From assembly GCA_963667785.2 (NCBI GenBank), contig CAXXMU010000001.1, forward strand, positions 128,001-192,000: DNA of 64,000 nucleotides, in the 5' to 3' direction. The notes beneath the pieces are model-generated. The model was not told where the DNA came from and ran no database searches. It saw only the letters and a list, made by a program, of their open reading frames with translations. This stretch comes from Alphaproteobacteria bacterium. Its GTDB lineage: Bacteria; Pseudomonadota; Alphaproteobacteria; UBA828. Numbering within the stretch: position 1 is the first letter of the stretch; every line of letters starts with the position of its first letter. Made by a program: the position numbers and the translations under genes. Positions 29,874 to 37,596 of the stretch are shown in pieces.

Positions 29874-30733
29874 CGCTCGGCGTCTCCGTTCTTCATCACC
29901 TCCTCGATGGCGAGGAGGTCGCGCCAGACCTCGCGCTTGGCCTGCGGCGAGCGCAGCAGGTAGGCGGGGTGGAAGGTCGCCGTGGCCTGGATGCTCCCCT
30001 CCATGCGCGGCGTCGAGAAGGGGAACCACTGGCCGCGCAGCCGGGTGATGCCCTCGCGCCGGCCGAGCAGGGCCTTGGCGGCGATGCCGCCGACCAGCAC
30101 CAGGATGCGCGGCGCGATCAGCTCGATCTGGCGTTCCAGGAAGGGCTGGCAGATGGCGAGCTCCTCGGCGGTGGGCGAGCGGTTGCCGGGCGGCCGCCAG
30201 GGCAGCATGTTGGTGATGTAGACGGCCGAGCGGTCGAGGCCGATGGCGGCCAGCATGCGGTCGAGCAGGCGGCCGGCGGGCCCGACGAAGGGGAGGCCCT
30301 GACGGTCCTCCTCGGCGCCCGGCGCCTCGCCCACGATCATCAGCGCGGCTTGCGGGTTGCCGTCGCCAATCACCGTGCTGGTTGCGGTGCGCTTCAGCGC
30401 GCAGCCGTCGAAGGCGCCGACCGCCGCCACGAGCTGGTCGAGGCTGGTGCAGGCGGCGGCGATCTCGTGCGCGCTCCAGGTGGCGTCGCCCGGCGGAAGC
30501 AGCGGCGCAGGCGGGGCGTCCGGCGCAGGCTCCGGCGAGGCGGGCTCTCGCGGCGCGGCCTCTTGCGGGGCAGCCGCTTGCGGTGTAGCCGGGGCGGGCG
30601 CGGGCTCGCGGGCGACGGCCACCGCGGCTTCCGCCTCCCCGTAGCGATCGCGCGGCGCGTGGTCGATCGCCTGGTCGACGCCGGCACGCGCGTACCAGTC
30701 CAGAAGCGCCCGGATCCCTCGGTCTTCGCCCAT
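29870..30733 (-). CDS. Uracil-DNA glycosylase family 4
   Basis: GEAPGAEEDRQGLPFVG, WRPPGNRSP, FHPAYLLR. Confidence 0.93.
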   Translation of the reverse strand: MGEDRGIRALLDWYARAGVDQAIDHAPRDRYGEAEAAVAVAREPAPAPATPQAAAPQEAAPREPASPEPAPDAPPAPLLPPGDATWSAHEIAAACTSLDQLVAAVGAFDGCALKRTATSTVIGDGNPQAALMIVGEAPGAEEDRQGLPFVGPAGRLLDRMLAAIGLDRSAVYITNMLPWRPPGNRSPTAEELAICQPFLERQIELIAPRILVLVGGIAAKALLGRREGITRLRGQWFPFSTPRMEGSIQATATFHPAYLLRSPQAKREVWRDLLAIEEVMKNGDAER

Positions 30734-30777
30734 CGCCGGCAGGATATCAGAGCCGCGCCCCGCGCTCATCCGCCGTG

Positions 30778-30853
30778 CCGGCAGGCACGCGGTATCGAAT
30801 GACGGCCGGCAGGCGCGCGGTATCGGATGACGGCCGGCTGCCGTGAGCGACAA
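30778..30853 (+). repeat. Dispersed intergenic repeat, copy 2: two 28-bp units plus identical 20-bp tail
   Basis: Units at 30778 and 30806, then CCGGCTGCCGTGAGCGACAA (30834-30853), as at 23024-23043. Confidence 0.85.
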
Positions 30854-30889
30854 GGAGACCGAAGTGTTTCCGCCCGAAGCGGAAACGCT

Positions 30890-31156
30890 CTACGGCTTCT
30901 TCCCGCCGCTGCGCGGCAGGTCGATGACCCGGCCGCCGTCCCTGCGCGGGTCGAAGTCGTATCCCCTGCGCACCTCGACGTTGCGCAGGATGACCTCGAG
31001 CGCGGTCGCATCGAAGGGGTCCACGTCGCCCGGCTCGCGATACTTCGCCTTCAGGCTGTGCAGCATCTCGCGCTCGTTGGGCATCAGGTCCTCCTCCACC
31101 GCTTCCGCCGCCTCGATCAGGCGCTGAAGCGCGACGAAGGCCACCAGCTCGACCAT
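30890..31156 (-). CDS. Small hypothetical protein (88 aa)
   Basis: Purine-rich SD (AGAAGGAAG) upstream; protein-like composition MVELVAFVALQRLIEAAE... Confidence 0.65.
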   Translation of the reverse strand: MVELVAFVALQRLIEAAEAVEEDLMPNEREMLHSLKAKYREPGDVDPFDATALEVILRNVEVRRGYDFDPRRDGGRVIDLPRSGGKKP

Positions 31157-31299
31157 CGCGGTCTTCCTTCTCTCTGCGCGCACCCCTTGCAAGCGATATC
31201 GGGCCGTTTGTCAAACCGGTGCCGCACGGGCGATTGCAACGGCTGCGCCGGCGGCCCAGGATGGGAGCAACCGGCCATGCGGCAGGCGGAGAGGGAAGA

Positions 31300-32310
31300 A
31301 TGAGCGACTACGAGACTTTCGATGCGGGCGACGTGGTGCTGCAGAAGGGCGCAACGCTCCGGGACGCGAAGCTCGCCTACAAGACCTACGGCACGCTCAA
31401 CGCGAAGAAGGACAACGTCATCATCCAGCCGACCTGGTACTCCGGCCACCACACCGACGTGGAATGGACCATCGGCGAGGACCAGGCCCTCGACCCCAGG
31501 GAGTACTTCATCATCGTGCCCAACATGCTGGGCAACGGCCTCTCGTCGTCGCCCAGCAACACGCCGGCGCCCTACGACAAGGCGCGCTTCCCCCAGGTGA
31601 CGGCCTACGACAACGTGCGCCTGCAGCACCGCCTCGTCACCGAGGTCTTCGGGATCGAGCGGATCAAGCTCGTGACCGGCTGGTCCATGGGCGCGCTGCA
31701 GACCTTCCACTGGGGCTGCCTCTACCCCGACATGGTGGAGCGCATCGTGCCGACCTGCGGCTCGGCCAAGTGCTCGCGCCACAACTTCGTGTTCCTGGAG
31801 GGCGTCAAGGCGGCGCTGACGGCCGACGACGCCTGGAAGGGCGGCTGGTACGACGCGCCGCCCACCAAGGGCCTGCGGGCGATGGCGCGGGTCTATGCCG
31901 GCTGGGGCTTCTCGCAGACCTTCTACCGGGTCGAGGAGGACCTGGCGCTGGGCTTCTCCTCGCTCGAGGATTTTCTCGTCGCCTTCTGGGAGGGGTTCTT
32001 CATCCACAAGGACGCGAACAACCTGCTCGCCATGCTGTGGACCTGGCAGAACGGCGACATCGGCGACAACGAGGTCTATGGCGGCGACTTCAAGAAAGCG
32101 CTCGCCGGCATCAAGGCCAAGGCCTTCGTGATGCCGGGGCGCACCGACCTCTACTTCCCGCCGGAGGACAGCGAGATCGAGGTCGCCAACATGCCGAACG
32201 CGGAGCTGCGCGTCTTCGAGTCCTACTACGGCCACTTCGCCTCGAGCATGCTGAACCCGGCGGACGTGGCGTTCCAGAACGAGGCGATCAGGGAGATCCT
32301 GGCGAGCTGA
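31300..32310 (+). CDS. MetX-like alpha/beta hydrolase or acyltransferase
   Basis: LAYKTYGTLN, nucleophile elbow GWSMG, DLYFPPED, YGH. Confidence 0.85.
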   Translation: MSDYETFDAGDVVLQKGATLRDAKLAYKTYGTLNAKKDNVIIQPTWYSGHHTDVEWTIGEDQALDPREYFIIVPNMLGNGLSSSPSNTPAPYDKARFPQVTAYDNVRLQHRLVTEVFGIERIKLVTGWSMGALQTFHWGCLYPDMVERIVPTCGSAKCSRHNFVFLEGVKAALTADDAWKGGWYDAPPTKGLRAMARVYAGWGFSQTFYRVEEDLALGFSSLEDFLVAFWEGFFIHKDANNLLAMLWTWQNGDIGDNEVYGGDFKKALAGIKAKAFVMPGRTDLYFPPEDSEIEVANMPNAELRVFESYYGHFASSMLNPADVAFQNEAIREILAS

Positions 32311-32344
32311 GGCGCGCGCGAGCAGGAGCCGCCGCGGGCGGGCG

Positions 32345-33103
32345 CTACCCCCGCCCGATGAAGGGCATCTTGGTCGCCATCACCGTCATGAACTGGACAT
32401 TGGCATCCAGCGGCAGGCGCGCCATGTAGACCACGGCCTGGGCGACGTTCTCCACGTTCATGGTCGCCTCGGAGGCGATGGAGCCGTCCGCCTGCGGCAC
32501 CCCCTGGCTCATGCGCTCGGTCATCTCGGTGGCCGCGTTGCCGATGTCGATCTGGCCGCAGGCGATGTCGTACTTGCGTCCGTCGAGCGAGGTCGACCGC
32601 GTGAGCCCGGTCATGGCGTGCTTGGTCGAGGTGTAGGGCGCCGAGTTGGGGCGCGGCACGTGGGCGGAGATCGAGCCGTTGTTGATGATGCGCCCGCCCA
32701 TGGGCTCCTGCGCCTTCATCATGCGGAAGGCCTCCTGGGTGCAGACGAAGGCGCCGGTGAGGTTGGTATCGACCACCTGCTGCCACTTGCCGAGGCGGAG
32801 GTCCTCCAGCGGCACGGCGGGCGCGCTGATGCCGGCGTTGTTGAAGAGCAGGTCGAGCCGGCCGAACGCCTCCTTGGTCGCGGCGAAGAGCGCCGCCACC
32901 TGGTCCGGCTTGCCCACGTCGCAGGGCACCGCGATCGCCTCGTCGGCGCCGACGCCGGCCTCGGCGATGGCGGCTTCCAGCGTCTCCCGCCGGCGGCCTG
33001 AGAAGACCACGGCCCAGCCGTCGGCGAGCAGCGCCAGCGCCGCCGCCTTGCCGATCCCCTGGCCCGCGCCGGTGACCAGCGCCACCTTGCGCTCTGCGTT
33101 CAT
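32345..33103 (-). CDS. Short-chain dehydrogenase/reductase
   Basis: [18 protein letters not shown] catalytic motif. Confidence 0.93.
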   Translation of the reverse strand: MNAERKVALVTGAGQGIGKAAALALLADGWAVVFSGRRRETLEAAIAEAGVGADEAIAVPCDVGKPDQVAALFAATKEAFGRLDLLFNNAGISAPAVPLEDLRLGKWQQVVDTNLTGAFVCTQEAFRMMKAQEPMGGRIINNGSISAHVPRPNSAPYTSTKHAMTGLTRSTSLDGRKYDIACGQIDIGNAATEMTERMSQGVPQADGSIASEATMNVENVAQAVVYMARLPLDANVQFMTVMATKMPFIGRG

Positions 33104-33220
33104 CAGCTCTGCTCCCCCGACCCTGCCTCGGCACCGGGCACCTGCGCCGGTTCGACCGTCGGCCTCACGGGCGCCGCATATAGCATGGGGCGAAGGCGCG
33201 GTTAACGCCGCCCCGGCGCC

Positions 33221-34834
33221 TCAGCCCGCGCGCTTGCGCCGCCTGAGATCGTGGCAGCCCGTGACCTCTCGCGGGTCCGTATCGGTTGGGAAGAGGCTCA
33301 CCTTCCGCACCTTCTGCGTGCTGGTCACCGGCAGCGTCTCGAGGAAGAGCAGGTAGCCCGGCGCCTTGTAGTAGGCGAGGCGCGCGAGGCACAGGTCCTG
33401 CAGCGCTTCCGCCGCGTCCCTGTCCCGCGCGGCGCCGTCCGCCGGCACGATGCAGGCCATCACCTCCTCCTGCCGGAGCTCGTCCGGCACCGCGATGACC
33501 GCCGCCTGGGTCACGCGCCCGTCGGCCTGGAGCACCGCCTCGACCTCCGCGGCGGCAATGTTCTCGCCGCTGCGGCGGATGATGTTCTTCTTTCGGTCGA
33601 CGAAGCAGAGCATGCCGTCGGCGGCTCGGGTCACGATGTCGCCGGTGTGGAACCAGCCGCCCCGCCAGGCGTCTGCGGTCGCCGCCGGGTCCTTCAGGTA
33701 GCCCGAGAAGAGGCCGCGCGCCGGCTCGCCGCCGGTCATGCGCAGCGTGAGCTCGCCGGCGACGCCGGGCGGCACCTCGCGCTCCGCGTCGTCCACCACG
33801 CGCACCTCGCAGCCGGAAAGCGGGCGGCCGAAGGCGCGGGTCGCGATCTGCCGGGGCTCCGCGCTCGCCCAGGTGGGCATCGCCACCTCGGTCATGCCCC
33901 AGCCCTCGATCAGCGGGAAGCCGAAGCGCGCCTCGAACGCCTCGTGATGCTTGGGGTCGATGCCGGCGCCGGCGCCGAACCGCACGGCGTGGGCGCGGTC
34001 CTCCGGCCCCGGCGGCAGGCCGAGCAGGAGCGGCGGCATGATGCCGAGATAGTGGATGATGGTGGCGCGCGTCGCCGCCACGTCGGCCCACCAGCTCCGG
34101 GGGTGGAAGCGGTCGGCCATGACGATGCAGCCGGCCGCGCTCAGCATCGCCATGCTGCCGATGGCGAGCGCGTTGGCGTGGTGCAGCGGCAGCGGGTTGA
34201 GCAGCCGCTCGCAGCCGTCGGCCAGCGTCATCAGCCCGCCCGCCTCGCGATACCAGCGCGCCGCGTTGAGGAAGTAGCGGTTGGCGAGGATGCAGCCCTT
34301 GGGCCGCCCCGTGGTGCCCGAGGTGTAGAGCAGCGCCGCCTCGCTATCGATACCGGGGGCGGCAGCGCCGACGGCCCCGCCGCGCGGAGCCGGCAGCCGC
34401 GCGGGCAAGGCGGAAGCGTCGACCACCGGCAGCGCCCGGCCTGCCCCCCTGGCCGCAGCCTCGAGATCGGCCAGCCGCTCCGCCACCGAGACCGCGAGCA
34501 CCGCCTCGGAATGGTCGAGGAGATAGACCGTCTCGTCCTGCCGGTACGCGGGGTTGATGGGCACGATGCCGCAGCCCAGCGCGTTGAGCGCCCACCAGTG
34601 CAGGTGGAAGTCGGGCCGGTTCTCCAGCAGCAGCGCCACGCGGTGGCCGGGGCCGTAGCCCGCCTCGCGGTAGCGGGCGCGGAGCGCCGCCACCCGGTCC
34701 GCCGCCTCCCGGTAGCTGATCTCCACGCCGTCGGGATGGTAGGCGCGGCCCGCCATGGGGGGCGCGCAGAGGGAGCCGCCCTCCGGCGCCCGCCGCGCCG
34801 CAGCCTCGAACAGCTCGAACACCGTTTCCGTCAT
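33221..34834 (-). CDS. AMP-binding acyl-CoA ligase (CaiC-like); start could be 34891
   Basis: YTSGTTGRPKG, GWGMTE, WFHTGD, RRSGENI. Confidence 0.9.
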   Translation of the reverse strand: MTETVFELFEAAARRAPEGGSLCAPPMAGRAYHPDGVEISYREAADRVAALRARYREAGYGPGHRVALLLENRPDFHLHWWALNALGCGIVPINPAYRQDETVYLLDHSEAVLAVSVAERLADLEAAARGAGRALPVVDASALPARLPAPRGGAVGAAAPGIDSEAALLYTSGTTGRPKGCILANRYFLNAARWYREAGGLMTLADGCERLLNPLPLHHANALAIGSMAMLSAAGCIVMADRFHPRSWWADVAATRATIIHYLGIMPPLLLGLPPGPEDRAHAVRFGAGAGIDPKHHEAFEARFGFPLIEGWGMTEVAMPTWASAEPRQIATRAFGRPLSGCEVRVVDDAEREVPPGVAGELTLRMTGGEPARGLFSGYLKDPAATADAWRGGWFHTGDIVTRAADGMLCFVDRKKNIIRRSGENIAAAEVEAVLQADGRVTQAAVIAVPDELRQEEVMACIVPADGAARDRDAAEALQDLCLARLAYYKAPGYLLFLETLPVTSTQKVRKVSLFPTDTDPREVTGCHDLRRRKRAG

Positions 34835-34908
34835 CGCCGCTCCGCTTGCCGCTTCGTCGGTGGGCGCATACGGTGACGCCCGTTCCGCCATGCCATGAGA
34901 GTCAAGGG

Positions 34909-35157
34909 ATGGGCAGGTTCTACGAACCCGATCTCGGCCGCAATCCGGACGACCCTTTCGCCCGCGACGCGGACGGCAGGCTCATCCGCCGCGCCTTCTG
35001 GCTCGACTTGAGCGACCGTTCGCTGGTGCTGGCGATGATCCAGGGCGTGGGCGCTGCGCTCGCCAACGATTACAAGCGCGCGCATCTCGCCGATATCGGC
35101 CGCGCCCACCTGATCGACCAGGTGTGCATCCAGGAGATCCTGCCGCCCGAGAGATAG
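34909..35157 (+). CDS. Small hypothetical protein (82 aa)
   Basis: Fills the intergenic gap; protein-like sequence MGRFYEPDLGRNPDDPFARD... Confidence 0.6.
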   Translation: MGRFYEPDLGRNPDDPFARDADGRLIRRAFWLDLSDRSLVLAMIQGVGAALANDYKRAHLADIGRAHLIDQVCIQEILPPER

Positions 35158-35176
35158 GCGGCGATCCGGTCGCGCC

Positions 35177-36085
35177 TCAGGTCTCCGCCGGCCGGCGCCG
35201 GGCGGCGTGGATCAGGAGTGCCACGCCCGCCAGCATCAGCACCGCCGCGCCCCAGGCATAGGCGCTGTGGCTCTCGTCGAAGAAGAGGATGCCCCAGCCG
35301 AGCCCGGCCACCACCACCACGTAGTTGAACTGCGAGAAGAACACCGGGCCGGCCGCGCGCACGATGATGAGGAAGGTGACGTACATGGTGATGGTGACGC
35401 CGGCGGCGCCCAGGATCGCGAGGTCCGCCACGGTGTCCGGCCCCGGCACCACGTAGGTCTCGCCCAGCCCGATCATCACCGGCGCCAGCATGATCGTCGC
35501 CGCCGCGCAGATGCCGCTCGCGAACGTGATGACCGGCGTCTCCGGCGGGTCGATCAGGGCCGCGAGGTTGTTGGTGAGCGCGAACGAGGCGGGCGCGAGC
35601 AGGGCGAGCAGGAACCAGACGACCATGCCGGGCTCGGGCAGCGAGAAGGCCGGTATCACCATCAGCAGGATGCCGCCGACGCCGCAGAGAACGCCGAGCA
35701 GGCTGAGCGCGCGCAGCCGCTCCAGCCGGAGAGCGAGCGCGATCATGTAGGTGATGGGGGGCGAGAGGATCACCACCATCGAGAGGATGCCGGTCGGCAG
35801 CTTCGGCGCGAGCCAGGTCATCAGGGTCACCGGCGCCGCGATGCCGAACAGCCCGATCACGAGATAGGCCTTGATGTGGCGGGCTTCGAGCCGGGGCAGC
35901 GCGCGGCGCCAGGCGGCGACGATCAGCAGCAGGACGGCGGCGCCGAGGGTCTGCCAGAAGGTGAAGGCGACGGGCGGCGTGCCTGCGTCCACCGCGATCT
36001 TGTTCATGGTGAAGATCAGCGGGTAGACCGCTCCGATCGTGAGCAGCAGGAAGATCGGGAGGGCGAGCGGCCCGCGGCGCCGCAT
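35177..36085 (-). CDS. DMT/EamA family transporter
   Basis: About 10 TM segments; AGPVFFSQFNY...GLGWGILFFDE. Confidence 0.9.
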   Translation of the reverse strand: MRRRGPLALPIFLLLTIGAVYPLIFTMNKIAVDAGTPPVAFTFWQTLGAAVLLLIVAAWRRALPRLEARHIKAYLVIGLFGIAAPVTLMTWLAPKLPTGILSMVVILSPPITYMIALALRLERLRALSLLGVLCGVGGILLMVIPAFSLPEPGMVVWFLLALLAPASFALTNNLAALIDPPETPVITFASGICAAATIMLAPVMIGLGETYVVPGPDTVADLAILGAAGVTITMYVTFLIIVRAAGPVFFSQFNYVVVVAGLGWGILFFDESHSAYAWGAAVLMLAGVALLIHAARRRPAET

Positions 36086-36106
36086 GGGGCCTGAGGGCCG
36101 GTCCTG

Positions 36107-36910
36107 CTAGCGCGCGCCGGCGCCGGCGGTGCGCTCCGGTTCCGCCAGGAGGCAGTCGTCGTCAAGCGGCTCCACGGGCGTGAAGTCGCGGTGCGCGATG
36201 TACTCCGGCCGCTGGAAGCGGCGGATCGCGTTGTCCACCCGGTTGGCCGAGAAGTAGACCGCGCGCCGGCCCCAGGGCGACATGTTGGGCGCGGACCCGT
36301 GCACGAGGTTGCAGTGGAAGAAGAGCGCCGCCCCCGGCTCGCCCTTGGGCGCGACGATCCCGCCGTCGGCCACCAGCGTCTCGATGGTCTCGTTGTCGAT
36401 GGTCCAGAGCGGGTAGCTCGTGGTGCAGAGGTCGTGGCCGGCCTCGATCCGCCCCCGCCGGTGCGAGCGCGGGATGAACATGAGCGGGCCGTTGAACTCG
36501 TTCACCGGGTCGAGGTAGACGGCGAGGTTCATGGCGTGCGGCGCCGGCATGTCGTCGTCCCGCGACCAGGTGCCGTAGTCCTGGTGCCACTGCCAGACGT
36601 CGCCGTCGAAGGCGGCCTTGGCGTTCACCTTGAACTGGTGGATGTAGACCGGGCCGCCGAGGATCTGCATCGCCGGCTCGACCAGGCGCGGATGGCGCGA
36701 GAGGCGCCAGTAGATGTCGCTGTAGGTGTGGACGCCGAAGGCGGTGCGCACCGCGCCGCTCAGCTCGCGCACGATCTCCGGCCCGGTGCGCGCGAAGATG
36801 GCGGGCAGCCCTGCGCGCAGCGCCGCCGTCTCGTCCGCCGAGAAGAGCTCCGGCAGGAAGAGGAACCCCTCGCGGTCCAGGGTCTCGCACTGATCGGCGG
36901 AAAGCTTCAT
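36107..36910 (-). CDS. PhyH-family Fe(II)/2-oxoglutarate dioxygenase (EctD/proline hydroxylase-like)
   Basis: HQFKVNAK, WHQD (HxD), FFHCNLVHGSAPN; own promoter TTGACG-N17-CAATTT at 36967-36939. Confidence 0.9.
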   Translation of the reverse strand: MKLSADQCETLDREGFLFLPELFSADETAALRAGLPAIFARTGPEIVRELSGAVRTAFGVHTYSDIYWRLSRHPRLVEPAMQILGGPVYIHQFKVNAKAAFDGDVWQWHQDYGTWSRDDDMPAPHAMNLAVYLDPVNEFNGPLMFIPRSHRRGRIEAGHDLCTTSYPLWTIDNETIETLVADGGIVAPKGEPGAALFFHCNLVHGSAPNMSPWGRRAVYFSANRVDNAIRRFQRPEYIAHRDFTPVEPLDDDCLLAEPERTAGAGAR

Positions 36911-37002
36911 CGGCCGTTCCGTCTTGCGTCTGCCTGCCAAATTGCGCCGCGCGTCCGCGCCCGTCAAGACGGTAGCCTGCGACGCGGTGCCCGGTGCGGC
37001 GT

Positions 37003-37596
37003 TCAGGCCGGGCGGTACTCCGCCATGGCATCCAGCAGCCAGCTCGCGAGGTAGTGGGCAAACGAATTCCGCACCGTTATCTCGTAGACAGGTTCCGCGC
37101 CGGTTTGGTGCAGGATGACCTGCGCTCGGGCCAGCGCCGTCTGCGCGCAAGCGCCGGGCGCGAAGGCACGCGGGTGGAGATCGAGCCGGCAGCCCTTCAT
37201 CAGCACGGTGCGGGCGTTGGCGCCGGTCAGCGCGAGCGTCGTGTACATGGCGCTTACGTCGGTGACCGCGTGGTGGCTGTCGGCAAGGGCGGCCCCGAGC
37301 GCGCCTGCGCGCGTGGCACCGTCGTCTGCGGGGCCGCACACCAGCCACTCGTTCGGCCCGAGCCAGAGGATGCTCCAACCGTCGGCAGCGGCGGCGCTGG
37401 TATTCGGGGCGAGCGGCAGGGTGCCGCCGAGCGCGGCGCCTGCGGCAGCCAGCGCGCCCCCGTCCTCCGGGTCGAGCCGGAGGTTGAGGCGTGCCCGGGC
37501 CGGGCACGCGGCGAGCGTGACGCCGTCCGCCTGCGCCGCCGCGAGCGCATCGGCGAGGGCCGCGAGCGGGCTCCGCGGCACGGGCTGCTCAGCCAT
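37003..37596 (-). CDS. soxG: Sarcosine oxidase gamma subunit
   Basis: LWLGPNEWL, DVSA, GCRLDLHPRAF, RNSFAHYL. Confidence 0.93.
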   Translation of the reverse strand: MAEQPVPRSPLAALADALAAAQADGVTLAACPARARLNLRLDPEDGGALAAAGAALGGTLPLAPNTSAAAADGWSILWLGPNEWLVCGPADDGATRAGALGAALADSHHAVTDVSAMYTTLALTGANARTVLMKGCRLDLHPRAFAPGACAQTALARAQVILHQTGAEPVYEITVRNSFAHYLASWLLDAMAEYRPA

